From Takakia lepidozioides (Eukaryota > Plantae > Bryophyta): a stretch of 64,000 nt of DNA. Under the pieces are notes generated by a model. That model was given only the letters and a program-made list of their open reading frames with translations. It was not told the DNA's origin and searched no databases. The stretch spans positions 18,476,001 through 18,540,000 of the forward strand of contig CM060731.1 in NCBI GenBank assembly GCA_030704615.1. Direction: 5' to 3'. Both the position numbers and the translations under genes were made by a program. Below, in pieces: positions 12,800-25,972 of this stretch. Each line of letters starts with the position of its first letter. The stretch's first letter is position 1.

Positions 12800-13750
12800 C
12801 CGCTGTCGCTCATCTTGAGCACACCACGGAGGCCCTTGCGGCGGAGGCAGCATCAAAAAAGGGCCACACCAGGAAGCAGAAGCCGAAGAAGGCTCAGAGA
12901 GTCGGCGAGCAGTCATCTCCAGCCAAACAAGACAAAGCCCAGATGGAGAAAAGCCAGGAAGGGGCGGATGAGACAGAGGACGTGCAGGTGGTGGAAGGCG
13001 AACAGGTTCAACAACATAGCAGAACGGGGATCACCGAGCATCTGGGTGGAATGGACCTAGCAAACGCACGCCGTGGCCCAGCCGAAGTCTGATTTTTCCG
13101 GGGGCTACTACCAGAGTACCTAAGTCAACGGCATTGCCCATAGCCATAAAGCAATCCTTGTTTGAGGCGCGTCCACTGCAAAAGTCTGTGCCGACTTGTG
13201 AGGTGAAATGCATCCACTGTGACAGCTTCGCACTTGTTGAGCAGCGGTTGGCAACCGAATCCACCACGAAGAGGTGGCCACCGGAGAGGGCAATGGTAGA
13301 TGCCTTCATTGAGCGCCACAAGTAGAGGAGGGAGCCTGTGCGTGGGGGGGTATCCGAACCCTACATGAAGGAAGACGCTGACCTCGTCATTGTGGATATC
13401 CCAGATGGGCATATGGTGCATAATTGTGGAGCAGAGGGTGTTGTGCCAGATTGGAATGTTCGGAAGCTTTCTCACATCAGCTCTGCCATATCGTTGGCAA
13501 ATGCAATCACGGATGATGTGGGGCGACTCCTCATTTTCTGCAAGGGTGACGGCAAGACAGAGATGGACCTTTGACGGATAGCGAGCAATGCGCCGTTTCG
13601 TTTTGTGAAGAGGAAGTGGACCTGCATGAATGCCCTCCCGCTCCTGACAGGCGACGAGCAGCAGCCACAGGTTCTCAGATTTGTGTACCCAAGCTCCATG
13701 CTGATCATAGAAAACCAACTTCATCTAACGTTTCGTTGTGTTCAATAAGC
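12800..13750 (+). pseudogene. Relic of transposon-associated amino-(N4C/N6A)-methyltransferase-like gene, N-terminal half
   Basis: DADLVIVDIPDG...VPDWN (motif-IV position) and FVKRKWTCMN, which matches LKKRWTCIN in the 16.2-17.0 kb relic. Contains stops and frameshifts. Confidence 0.5.
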
Positions 13751-14427
13751 TGACCTAAAGCACGGTGGTTTGATGTAGTTTCCTTTCAGATACAAGCACA
13801 CACATGGGCTAAGAGGAAACCAACTTCATCGTTATGGCTCCACTGAATTTATCGTGCATTCAAGCATTTTTGTTGTTGTTCCACATGTCGTTTGTCCTTC
13901 CTTCAGTAGAGATGGCAAGGGTACTACATATGGTATCTCCATGGTTCAAAGCTCCTTAGTAAATAAGACTGTGTGGAAGTAAGTGTTGGACAAAATGACT
14001 AAACAAGATGTAGTTTCATAGTGTGCAATGATGCTAGCATGCTAATGTTGGGTACTAGTTAGGAGACTTTCAAGAGTTATGAGCACATAAGGGACAACCA
14101 CCTTCATCACATCAATATGCAGGCTGCATATTCAAATCTTGCCCCACCACGACTTTTGAAAAACTAATCACTTTCAAAGTAAACACATGCACCAAGCACA
14201 TGGCTCATGGCAGCCCAACAAGGAAAGGGAAAAAGAAGCCATACATGTCTCCCGGTTTCTTGCACTCTGATGGAATTGGACCATGTTCCAAAACAATACA
14301 AAAGCTTGTCTAGATTTTTGCACCTAAACTAAGACCGCCAACCAAACCATTAAGGTGAAGGTCTAGCCGGGCCCTCATTCGTAATTCAAGTGGAAATCCA
14401 GTGGATGTCCATGTGTGTTGCTTCATG

Positions 14428-15281
14428 TCATATATCACAACTACTTCCATAGGGTAAGCTCCACATGAATAAGAGATTGTCATGGCTCACCATTTGAAAT
14501 TCCATGTACCCCAGCCTAGTTCTTGCAATCTCATCAGTCCTTGCAATCTCCAGCCACTCTGCCCTCGTTGTGGAAACTTTAAGCTCCCACACACAAAATG
14601 TTGGTGAGATGTGAATTTGATCACGAGGCGGCCCAACCAGCAACAGGCACCCCTCACTCTCTCCAAGTCGACACCAACCTCTACCCATTTGTACAGCAAC
14701 TTTAGTCCACACACCCGTGCCAATGTCACAAGCCATCACAATGTAGTCTGCTCTATAAAATAGAGCAAAGAGAGTAGGGCCACTGTGCCACATATCACAC
14801 TTGCTATACAAAACGGAAGATCGGTTAATGAGGATATCTTTCCAGTTTCGGTCCAACACTCGCAAGTTGAGTCGTAGATGTCTGTTCTCCAACCTCCTCC
14901 GTCGTCAATGAATGCCATCACAAGGACCTTGTAGGTGTTGCTGCATCTATCCACAATCAATGTACTCTTTGCACTTCGGAATATTTTGAATTGTCGTGAG
15001 GCCGGGCAGGCAATTGTCTAGAAGTGTTCAACAGAGGATTGCACACACTGCATGATATGTCATCGTCGACCTCCTCCGTTATGCAAAATAAGCCTCCATC
15101 TGCAGCACAAACTCTGTTTAGTAAATTATCCTCGGGGAGTGGGGGTTGGAGGCCCATCCTATGCCACCGTCGAGTTGTGGGCGCATACAACGTAAGAACA
15201 TCTCCTGAAAACCAGAGATAGGAGTCTTGGTGAAGAGGGACGTGCTGACAGAGTTGTTGGAAACAAGCAGTAGATGGGAGG
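14428..15281 (-). pseudogene. F-box/kelch-type gene, 3' part (interrupted by MULE; 5' part at 22724-22845)
   Basis: ..STACFQQLCQ..YAPTTRRWH..AADGGLFC..VCNPLLNTSRQLP..YKVLV..DIYDS...W..CRLGESEGCLLLV..VWEL..W.EI. Two frameshifts. Confidence 0.85.
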
Positions 15282-16165
15282 GAGGTTTACTATTTCATGA
15301 GCCCATGAGCGTGCATCCACGGAATTAGAAATTATCTGCCGTTATTGACGGTAATAGGGCATATATCCACGGTAATAGGCACTATTTCTGAACTCCGGGG
15401 ACGCGGCTAGGCCTATTGCGGCGCCGTTATTCACATTTAGGGTTTGGAAAAAGAATTGAAAATGGCAGGAGACGGGTTAATCACGGTGCCGTAATGCCAG
15501 CTTCGTGCTTCTCAAAAAATTTCTTGGTAGTGATGACCTGAGACCGGCCTATTGCTGCGACATTTTTTTGTTTGTGGTCACCCAAAATTATAAAGTAAAG
15601 TTTGACATTGGCTTATTGCAACACTGTTATATCATTTGTAAAGGTCTTGTTGCTCCCAACACCTTACACTAGCCTATTGTTGTGTCATTTTTCTGTCGAA
15701 GATAAGAGGTCCCATCACATAATACAGTTGAATTGGCTTTTTTTTTAGACTAAATAAATCCCACACTGACTAAAGAGAGGCTAGGAAATTGCCATTCACT
15801 CTCCACCTAAGCTTGCAAAGTGTCCTCCTCATCGCCGTCACTTTCAGACGCGGACAGAGCGATAAACTTGAGTACTTTGGCCTTGACAATTCCTGTATTG
15901 GGCCTCCCTCAATTGTATTCTCTCATTTCTTGCAGCCAGTAACTGCTCTGCCCGATTAGGCCTCTCCGCCCTCCTAATGGATCTCTAGCAGCCGTGTTTG
16001 CATACAATGGGAGAAGAAATAAGAAGGGGAGGAGGAGACCGAAGTTGAGGAGGCTCAAGTACGGGAGAAACCGTTTCCCCCCAATGCATGTATTTGAGTG
16101 AGTTGCACCATTGTAAGTGTGTTGGGTTCAATTATAGCGACATCCATGTTTGACCATTATAAACC

Positions 16166-17020
16166 CTAAACGTTTGTTGACATATGGCAATATTTACGTA
16201 CTGCCATGTTACAGCCTTGCAGACTCGTCCAATGAGGAGATGGTTGATGAAACAAAGACTGAAATACAAATTTCATTCTTTGCCAGAAGGTCCTTTCTTG
16301 CCAGTCCTCATCGTCCTCATCATCCTCCTCTGTTGGCAACTGCTGCAGGCCCACTATATGGGAGTCGTAGAAAGTTGTTTTTCCTTCAAATGCAAAGACA
16401 TGCCGACTAGACTTGCACCCGGCCCAGTACATTGAAGCACCTATCCATGAGTCTAGTGATCAAGAACAAATATGTCAATGGTAATCGTGAGTAGCCATAG
16501 TAAATCCATGAATATCTACAGAAGATAATGGACTATAACCGCAATTACAAGAATCTCCTATTTGTGTTGGTTGCAATGTCCAACACCCTGCCTTCTATGC
16601 TTGAACATGTTTCCATCAGCATTTGAATGAAAGTGGGACTTCTTGTCCTCCCATGCCTCCAAGCCCTCCCCCCCATGTCCCATGGAATATTGCGTGGTGA
16701 GACATGGTTGAAGAGAATGTCATACTCTATAGGGTCCACTGTGGAGTCAACCATACAACCGTCTCCCCAGAATTCAAAACTGAATTCTTCTTGATGAATG
16801 TGTCAAATAGAAGAGGCTGCACAAAAACAAGGTCGTTATCTTGACATAAGATTCCCCACAATTAGAATAAGGATGCCGCAATTTACACTGGATAACTCTA
16901 GAGCTTACTTTCTGGCCATCGCAGGTTAGATGGTCTATGCTGTTGATACAAGTCCACCTCTTCTTCAGGATGGGTGCAACACTTCTTTCCGTCCACACTT
17001 TTAAGGCTTCCGCACTCATC
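16166..17020 (-). pseudogene. Beta-class N4C/N6A DNA methyltransferase-like gene relic inside the MULE
   Basis: Spliced reading: LKKRWTCIN..ITTLF..DPIEYDILFN..WR.GRTRSPTFIQMLMETCSSIEGRVLDIATNT|GASMYWAGCKSSRHVFAFEG, then an acidic tail. Matches the K/RPxxLxxxLIxxxSxxGDxVLDPFxGSGTT..A....R...G.E SAM-binding region of N6_N4 methyltransferases. Confidence 0.6.
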
Positions 17021-18694
17021 TTGTAACATATGTTAGAGAGCAATTTTGATAGCTGACAGAGAATTTTAATGAGACAGTAAAATAGTAGCAGACATTTGCA
17101 TACCTTCTCGGCCGGGTCCACACATGCGGTGGTGATATGATGTAGTTTTTCCACATCTCTGGTTTGATGGCTTTTGAGTAGTGCTTTGCTATCTCTGACA
17201 ATATTGTCTCTTAAAGGCTTGGGTCAGGGATCACTATAGACTTGACAACTTTGGATTTGTACTTGGTCCGTGACCGCTGCCTGCAAGGACGATGGCATCC
17301 CGGACGAGGGCCTGGGTCTTATTAGGGATCTCACTCTCAATGATTTTCGTTTTGTGTAGACCAAGTTGTCTTTTATGCAGCTCTGCAGTGCAAATGCAAG
17401 CAATTGGTTAGAGATCCAGGTGGTTGAAAGACAATAACATGCAAGGGGACTAACCGGAAAGAGGGCTGAATCTCACCAAATAGATGTATTCGACCATGGT
17501 GTCCAAGGTAAGCCAGCGTACTAGGTGCGGCCTGCTTTCACCTCTGACTTCCTTAACAACTTCGGATTGATGGCTATTTTAAAGTCCTTCAAAGGTGCAA
17601 GTCCCACTTCTTAACACAACATATGTGCCATGTGCGTTTTTACGCTTCTCTGTCACCCTGTCACAGAATACACACATTCCAATAATGACAACGCAATCCG
17701 GCCCGTATGCAGAGAAGAAATGATGACATTGAACCCAATTGGATGGGTCCGATATTAAAAGTGGCTGCTACGGAGACAGAAGGTCTATCATGAACAAGTC
17801 ATAGTGAGGGCGACGTTAATCCTCCGTCTGAGGATTCGTTGGAAAGTATTCGGATGACAACCTCATCGGCCAATTCTCGTACCTATATTTCATTATGAAG
17901 ACTTGCGAGGACTCTGGGCCAGGTCTATAAGTCATCCAATTCCAAATGAAACCAGGATATATTACAATTACGGCGCCATTGTATGCTACCGAACTTAGAT
18001 TTCTTAGCCTAAATCTGCAAGTACTTAGGTACGGACACCTCGACGTGAAACCCAACGGTCAATATTCACTGACTGCCGTACGCAATTTCGGCGCCGCAAT
18101 AGCGACTGTAGCGGCACGAGTACTTCATGTCTTTACAACCATTACAAAAATGCAAATTTGTAGAAAAAACGTCATTTCCATGTATAAAATTTGTCATCAA
18201 ATAGCAATGTCACTTATCATCCCTATAACAGTGTCATTGTTCTTCCACCACCTAGGTCAGTTCATTCATATTGCGGTGTCGTAATTCATCAGTAGAGGGG
18301 CCGACCGGCGTCAGGCTGGGACCGTTTATTCCTATTGCGGCACCACAATTCATCCAAAAAGACACCGCATATCATCCAAAGCGCTCTTTATCGTCTTCAA
18401 GATAGACCCATTCATCTAAATTATGGCGCTGAAGTTCATCCAATAGTGGAACTCATCCAGGCCAGGAATGCTTTCCGTTCCTCGGGATGGGCCCGTTTAT
18501 CCCTATTACGGCGCCGCAACTCATCAGTGTCGGGTTATCCCACTATGGGGATTGGCATGTTCATCCATAATATGGCATATTAATTCATTTGTGCCGGACT
18601 ATTCTGTTCTACAGATGGGCCCATTCAACTCTATTACGGCGCCGTATTTCAACAGTGCCGGGTTATCTTGTTCTGCGGATGGGCCGACTCTTTT

Positions 18695-19795
18695 TTCATT
18701 ACGGGTAGGTTCATCCCTATTTCGGCGCCAAAATTCATCCGTGGGCTTAAATTCATTTTGATTACGGGTACGTTCATCCCTACGGCGCGGAAATTCATCC
18801 GTAGGTCGAAATAATTTTTTGCTCACGGGTACGTTCTTCCCTATTTCGGCGTCGAAATTCATCCATGGGTCGAGATAACGTTTTGCTCGCAGGTATGTTC
18901 ATCCCTATTTCGGCACCGAAATTCATCCGTGGGTCAAAATAATGTTTTGCTCGCGGGTATGTTCATCCCTATTTCGGCGCCGAAATCATCCGTGGTCCGA
19001 AATAATTTTTTGCTCACGGGTATGTTCATCACTATTTCGGCGCCAAAATTCATCCGTAACCGGGTTTTTTTTTTTTTTTTTTTTTTTTAGCCCCTGGTGT
19101 TGGTTCCTCAGGATTGGCCTATTTCGGCGCCGAAATTCATCCATGGGTCGAAATAATTTTTTGCTCACGGGTATGTTCATCACTATTTCGGCGCCGAAAT
19201 TCATCCATGAAGGAGGTTCTGAGTGTGTGTATGGGTTTTTTTTTCGACGTGATGGGCTCGATCGTCCCTATTACGGCGCCGCAATCTAATGGTTCCGTCC
19301 CCTTGTCGTCCGCATTCTTGCCTGTTCAACCCTTTTGCGACATTATGATTCATCCATCTGCTCACGGGTACGTTCATCCCTATTTCGGCGCCGTAACTCA
19401 TCCGTGGGTTTAAATTCCTTCTTGATATAGGGTATGTTCATCCCTATTTTGGCGCCGAAAATCATCTGTGGGTCGAAATAACTTGTTACTCACGCGTATC
19501 TTCATCCCTATTTCCGCGTCGAAATTCATCCATGGCTTTAAATTCATTTTTGCTCACGGGTTCGTTCATCCTTATTTCGGCGCCGAAATTCATCCATGGG
19601 TGGAAATTGTTTTTTTCTCACGGATAAGTTCATCCCTATTTCGGCGCTGAAATTCATCCGTCGGTGGAAATTCTTTTTTTGTTCACGGGTAAGTTCATCC
19701 CTGTTTCGGCACCGAAATTCATCCGTGGGCTGAAATTTCTTTTTGCTCACGGGTATGTTCATCCCTATTTCGGCGCCGAAATTCATCCGTCGCCG
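18695..19795. repeat. Tandem array, ~64-bp unit with palindrome ATTTCGGCGCCGAAAT, ~15 copies
   Basis: Unit GGGTATGTTCATCCCTATTTCGGCGCCGAAATTCATCCGTGGGTCGAAATAATTTTTTGCTCAC. Degenerate copies extend ~18080-22440. Confidence 0.95.
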
Positions 19796-20224
19796 GGATG
19801 GGGTGTTCGAAATCAGCTACGTTCAAAGTGTGTTAATCTAGGAATTCATCTAGATGATGACATTCTCAATTGATTGTCATCTCGTTCACCCCTATTACGA
19901 CGTCGTCATAGCGGTGTGATATCCCTTTCTCGTCCGCTTTCGTGTCTGTTCATCCCTATTGCGGCGTCGTAATTCATCCATCCCGAGGGTTTCGAACTGT
20001 CATATTGGGATTGTTCATCCCTATTACGACGCCTTAAATTCCTCCAGATCATGCCATTCTCATTTGATTGTCATCCCGTTCATCCCTATTACGGCGCTAT
20101 AATAGGGGTGTGACATCTTTTTCTCGTCTGCTTTTGTGCCTGTTCATCCCTTTTGCGTCGTCGTAATTCATCCATCCCGAGGGTTTCATATTGTCATGTC
20201 GGGATTGTTAATCTCTATTACGAC

Positions 20225-20790
20225 ACAAGGAAGAAGTTGGGCGAGAGGGATATGAAGGAACTGCTGGAAGCTGGGAAATGGACTGCAGCATTGCGAGAAG
20301 CTATAAGATCGACACCCTTACACCATCGGGGGGACTGTCTCGAGGGTGATGTCCACAATTGGCCGGTGAAGAGAATAATTGACGACCTCCCAGGAGGCGA
20401 CGGGGATTCATGGAGATCAGATATGGACATCCGCACTCAACCTCGGGGCCCAACGATGTTGCTTAGGACATTAGGTGCAAGCAGGACTCCCACTCCCTCT
20501 CCGTCACAGTCGGTGGAATCACTGCCGGACAATGCACTGCGTCACGAGGACGAGCCTGAGCTGCATTTCAGATCGTTACCCAATACGGCAGGCCAGTCGT
20601 GGAGAAAGATGTATCTGCAAACACCTGTAAACTCTTCCCCTGAAAACACTTGTACTACAAATATCTGAAGCGCATGAAGTGCATTCCTACAGTGGATGAC
20701 TTCATCCATGCTCCAACATTGAGCTTCAACGAGCTCCACGAGCTCCTCAGCCAGGATATAGGGAGAAGGTTGACATTGGGCGATCGCAAT
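20225..20790 (+). pseudogene. C-terminal relic of a SWIM-type MULE transposase
   Basis: P*KHLYY (PCKH SWIM end, with TGA at the Cys codon) followed by DDFIHAPTLSFNELHELL. Confidence 0.5.
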
Positions 20791-22723
20791 TCAGAATCTG
20801 TAAAGTGTGTTACATCACATATACCCTTTCAGTGTTGATATTGCGGCGCCTTTATCCCTTCGAAACTTGTGGACCTCATATTGTGACCTTCATCCCACTA
20901 CACGCAAGTCTTTTGGCAAGAACTATACATTTTGGTGCCGTCGTGTTTCCATGGACTGCCCTATTACGGTGTCGTAATAGGATAAGTGTCCCCTTCCAGC
21001 CTGTATCTTTGAATTATGGTTTTGTCTACTAATGGATCAGTGTAAAACTTTCATTTTTTGGAGATGCAGGGGCCAATTTTGGCCTATTTTGGTGCCTTTA
21101 TTCCTCTGAAACTTCTGCACTTCATATTGAGATCTTCATCCCATAGCATGCATGTCTATTAGCAACAACTCTAGATTTGGTCCCGTTGTGTTTCCATCGC
21201 CTACCCTCTTACGGTGTCGTAATATGGGAAGTGTCTCCTTTAGTTCTGTTTCCAATAAGCATGCCTCTAATTCTGCAATTGCTTGTTAATGGATCAGTGC
21301 AAAGCATACATTTCTTAGAGATGCAAAGGCCCATTCAGGCCTATTCCGGTGCTTTGATCTTTCTGAAACTTCTGGACTTCATATTGTAACCCAATTTTGA
21401 GACATTTATCCCGCAACATGCATGTCTGTTGGCAAAAAACTTTACATTTGTGCCGTTGCGTTTCCATCGCCTCCCCTATTACGGTGCCGTAATAGGAGAA
21501 GTGTCCCCTTGTAGTCTCTTTCCAATAAGCATGCCTTCAATTCTGGTTTTGTTTAATAATGGATCAGTGCGGAGCGTTCATTTTTTGGAGATGCATGGGC
21601 CCATTGTGGCATATTTATCCCTGAACTCACTTTTGCTTCCAATGATATGGCTATGTTTGCCACATGCAGTGCCTTTAATGGATTACAGGTGTCTTGTTCC
21701 AATGTCCATGGCGCCTAGTATTAATGATTACTGCATTCACATACTGCACCTTGTCCACAAAGACCATTCCCATACACAGACCACACGTCCCAAAAATTGT
21801 TATGCTCAATTGCAAACCGTACAGATGAGAGATGATATGTGCAATGGAGCAACAAGCAGAGCAGAATGAGACCGAGGCCGGCAGAATTGGATATCATTGC
21901 TCCACCACCAACGTGGTATGGGGCAAAACTCAAAATTTCTCCACATGTCGGTACATTTATTGCACATATACACCACAAGATTCAGCATAGTTTGCAATTG
22001 CCAGTCTCAGGCCCCATTTCGGGGTCAACCGTCCTACATTTTGGCGCCTTTGATGCTTCACTGCGGTCAAATCAACCGACACATTTTGGACATGGGTGCC
22101 CAATTTCTGTGCCGTTAGCAAGGAACATCACCTATTTCGAAGTCCTGGAGAATCGTGAAATCCTCGAAAAGTACTATCCACGAAACAGGTCCACATTGCG
22201 CGTCTGGCAGGACCCCGAGTCCTCTATTTCGGCGCCTTTATTGCCTTCACTCCGGAGCCTTCAGCCGCCTATTGGTTTTCCGGTGCCCAATTTCGGCGCC
22301 GTTATCCCCAGCCAGCCTACAGTTCTAGAAAAGTACAATCCACGGTTACAGGCCCACATTGCGTGTTGGGAGTCTGGAAAAATCGATTGTAATTCCGCGG
22401 GCGCCCCTTCCTGTGGGGTAATTGCGGCGCCGTTATTGGCCAGTATGCAGTTTTTCCATGATCTGGGCTGGCGGTACATGAGCTTGGGCTCTCGGTCATG
22501 AGCGGATACTGTTATTCATGAGCGGAGTGTTTTGAGCATGAGCGCGGAAATCTTCGAAAAGCAAATTTTGATCTTCACAAAGTATTAAAAAAATACCACT
22601 TTCGATTATTTTATGGTTTATTTCCTGAAAAAAACCTGCCGTTATTCGTAGTGTGTTACTTGGCGGCTCATGGCTCATGCATGCCCGCTCATGGGCTCAT
22701 GAGCTCATGGAATAGCAACCCCC

Positions 22724-22845
22724 GATGGGAGGGAGTTCCACAACTTGCAAACCGACTTAAAGTGGGCAAGACTTCGATACGGCAACCAGGCCAACACTAC
22801 CATCACTAACTCAAGAGGGAGCCTGCTCCAAATCTCCACCTCCAT
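22724..22845 (-). pseudogene. F-box gene 5' part (F-box motif)
   Basis: MEVEIWSRLPLELVMVVLAWLPYRSLAHFKSVCKLWNSLPS, continuing after the MULE at 15272. Confidence 0.9.
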
Positions 22846-23784
22846 ATTGCTCAGCCACAAAACCTCTAATGTGTTCTTGTGATCCTAACAGGGAGCTTGG
22901 GACAAGAGACGTGTAGGGTAAGGTATGAACCAGTGAAGCACCGCGCGTGTTCCTTCCCTGCGTTAAGAATTTCCCCAAAAAAGAAGTGAGCTTACATTCC
23001 GTAAGAAAGGATTTTTCTGAAATTCTTTACGAATGGAAAGAGAGCCTCGGCCTTGAGCCTCTGATACTCGATCGTAATTCTTTGCTCGCCATCCACTTCC
23101 CTTTTACTATTTCCAGCCCTGCTTTGTATTTTGTGGTCTATACATAGAAACCCTAAAAATGCTTGAAAAACCCTTCCATGTGCGGGAAGTCAGGGAGGGA
23201 GATGGCAGAGTGCATGCTGGATGCGCCGCTCTTGTGATTCCTCCTTTCTTGGTTGCTCTTCAACAGTATCAAGGGATGGACGAGAAGCTGGTCGTGTTGC
23301 AGACACATTTCATGTCCAGTGCTGGTTGCAGTCCACAAGGCGCTGCCAACGTAGGCACGGGAAAGCCTAGTATCACGAACTCTCCATCCACAACTGTCTA
23401 CAACTACTCGGGTTCAAAGCATGTGGTGGTATTATCCACTATAACTGAAATCAAGCCTAGAAAAGTTGAGTTCAAAGAGGGATTGTGCACACCGAGGACC
23501 TTGAGGAAAGATGCCAGCGCAGAAGCGGAATCAAATAGTGCAACTCCTCTGTTGCTCTATTTGATGCCACAGCTGAGGAGGTACCGTGAGCTTTACTTGC
23601 TTGATTTATGGGCGCCTCTCATTTTTTAATAATTGGGACTTGAATGCACCTATGGGCCCCGCCAGTACGGCCCATGGGGTGAGCTCATGAACCCACCCCT
23701 TTTCACCGGGTCTAGATTCTGAATTTTTTCTAAGTCATAGTTCTTTAACGGCGGCGGACCTTCTAGCAGACTGGCCAAACCCTC

Positions 23785-23905
23785 AACAGACTGACTCCAA
23801 CTGGCGAGCGGACTGACCAGCAGACTGGCGATTGGTGAGCGGACTCACCATCAGACTGGCGATTGACGAGCGGACTGACCAACAACGGACTCGAACTGGC
23901 AAGCG
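23785..23905. repeat. ~31-bp tandem repeat, ~4 copies
   Basis: CAGACTGGCGATTGxxGAGCGGACTxACCA repeated. Confidence 0.75.
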
Positions 23906-24093
23906 CCTAACTCCAACCTTCAGACCCTCCTCAAGCAAAATATATATTTATAATTAACACACATTACCGCCACAATTCCATCTGCCAGGATTTGGACAAC
24001 AGACCTCACGTTCGTCACAAGTTGCTCTTTACCATCACGATAGCCGCTACTTTCTGCAAACCCTTGAAATAATTAATTATTTATGTACATTTT

Positions 24094-24280
24094 TCAGGTG
24101 TTTTGTGGGCCCATCAAACTCGCTCCCCCTCTCCCTTCCCCTGCGCGCACGCCCCGAGGTGACTCACCCCAGCAGACTGACCCCGCCGGGTAGGGGTCGC
24201 CCCACCCCATGTGCCACCCGCAGGCCCCGCCACAACCACACGTGCCCGCATTCAAGTCCCAATTATCAAACAATGAGAAG
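24094..24280 (+). repeat. ~190-bp dispersed GC-rich repeat, copy 2
   Basis: Matches 3198-3392 in the same orientation. Confidence 0.85.
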
Positions 24281-24399
24281 GTTTATGGGCAATGTAATGG
24301 ATAACCTGCACACTTACTTCAGTGGGTGCCGAAACAAACAAGATACAGACCCACATTTTCATTAGCACAGTTTCACAAGTTAGTTTTCAGCTAAGATAT

Positions 24400-25972
24400 A
24401 ACTTATTTTTTATTTCATTTTATTTTGATTTTGATTATTTTTAGAGAACAGGTGATAGTAGCCCTGGAAACTTTATTAAAAGGTAAGGAAAAAATAACCT
24501 TACAATAAGCATGAAGGCAGAGGAACGAGACCACTCAGGATCAGCAGAAGCAAACATGGGATAATTTAAGAGAAGTAAGAAGCAAAGGGGAGCCAATGAA
24601 TGCTACATACTACCCCTTTTGCACTTTGGAACATCAAAGGAAAGCTGTTAACCTTCCTAAAGCTACGCATATGGCGCCAATTCACCTCAGTCTCCTCAGC
24701 ATCTAAGGGAGATCATCTAGTGCTCGTAGAACTGCCAGCAGGCAGGGATGGAGTCCTTCCATTCGACTCATGAGTCCAAAATTCTCATGGAGAAAACGTT
24801 CCCTTTTCCCCAAGAATTGTCGAAGGCTGCAAGCAGCTGGCTTGCACTTAAAGAGCTGTCACAGTTACCAGCCAACATTTGCGAGCCTCAGACACAAGAT
24901 CTGTGTGAGCCGAATACAGGACCTTCTGTAAACATGGACTAGCATTTTGAAAGACGACTGCACACCTCATCTTCCAAATATGCCATAGGACATCCATCTT
25001 AAAGATTCCCAAATAGGACAATAACAGAAAATGCTACCATTCCTGATGTTGAGAAGCAAGGAGATGGTAGAGTAAGTCAGATTGTGGTTCCAATGGGAGT
25101 AGAGAGAAGGCTTTCTTCCACACAGCATCTGCAAAGGGACACTGCACCAAACAGTGCTCTATATCCTCATGAGAGCTCGAGTTGCAAGAAGCACATGCCG
25201 AGGGGAAAATAGGAAGGCAACAACTGTGGTAGATCTGTGCTTCTTCCATGTATTTGCCGAAACAGCTTGCCACGAAGAAGTAAGATCGGCCGACTGTGCC
25301 CATTTACCACTCCATTTCTGTTCGAAGGTCTTCTTTGGCGTAAGGAGATTATACCCCAATCTTACAGAATAAGAAAAGAAATGGTCGTGGTTTTTATTCA
25401 TCCAGATCCACTCTCCTGGATCAAACTTTAAAAGCTTCAGTGGGGCAGATAAGAACCAGACAAAGGAGCTGGTGTAGTCCGCAACTCAGCAGGTGGCGCA
25501 GGATTCATCTTACCAGAGATCAAACATGATACCCTTATCTGGTAGCACTTAACACTGGCAGCGAGAAGCATCAACCGAGGGGCTGAAAGGATACCATCCC
25601 GAAGCACCTTGTAACTGGTTCCCTGAAGCTAGTTATCATCCAGGATTTGGCATAGAAAGTCCACAGTTGGGCATTAATTTTATAACCCAACCAACCAGGA
25701 ACCTTTTCATGGTGATGCTGAGAAAGTAGCTGAGTCGAACATAAGGGCAAATTCCCAAGAACTGTATCCCAACCCAATGCAACCTTCCTAGCGGAGAGCC
25801 TTTCAGAGATCGCTTCTGGGGAATGGAGGGATCCCGAGTCTTCATCCCAAAATGCAGGAGATGTGACAATTCTGTTTTTTCCCAAACGCTCAGTGATCAG
25901 AGCCATGTATGAGAGCTTCAGAGTCACGGTTATAGTTACCAAACAAAGGTTGCCTAAGCACTTCATCAAATG
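24400..25972 (-). mobile_element. Decayed LINE (L1-type) 3' fragment
   Basis: zf-RVT motif CASCNSSSHEDIEHCLVQCPFADAVW and YSVRLGYNLL. A-rich tail at ~24400-24440 on the minus strand. Confidence 0.75.

Larger units (their letters stand above)
15282..22723. mobile_element. Mutator-like element (MULE), ~7.4 kb, non-autonomous/decayed
   Basis: 9-bp TSD GATGGGAGG at 15273-15281 and 22724-22732. Imperfect TIRs GAGGTTTACTATTTCATGAGC / GCTCATGGAATAGCAACCCCC. Removing it rejoins the F-box reading frame. Confidence 0.9.

Noticed and set aside
17110-17150. IISPPH as an N4C-MTase SPPY catalytic motif
   Set aside because: Context does not align with the DLVIVDIP block of the paralogous relic; probably coincidental.
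18695-19795. CRISPR-like look of the palindromic repeats
   Set aside because: The intervening sequences are homologous to each other rather than unique spacers; no cas genes; eukaryotic TE context.
21429-22501. ORFs of 146 and 220 aa in the MULE
   Set aside because: They run through degenerate repeat motifs and show no protein signature.
23159-23629. 156-aa ORF
   Set aside because: No recognisable motif; cannot support it as a gene.
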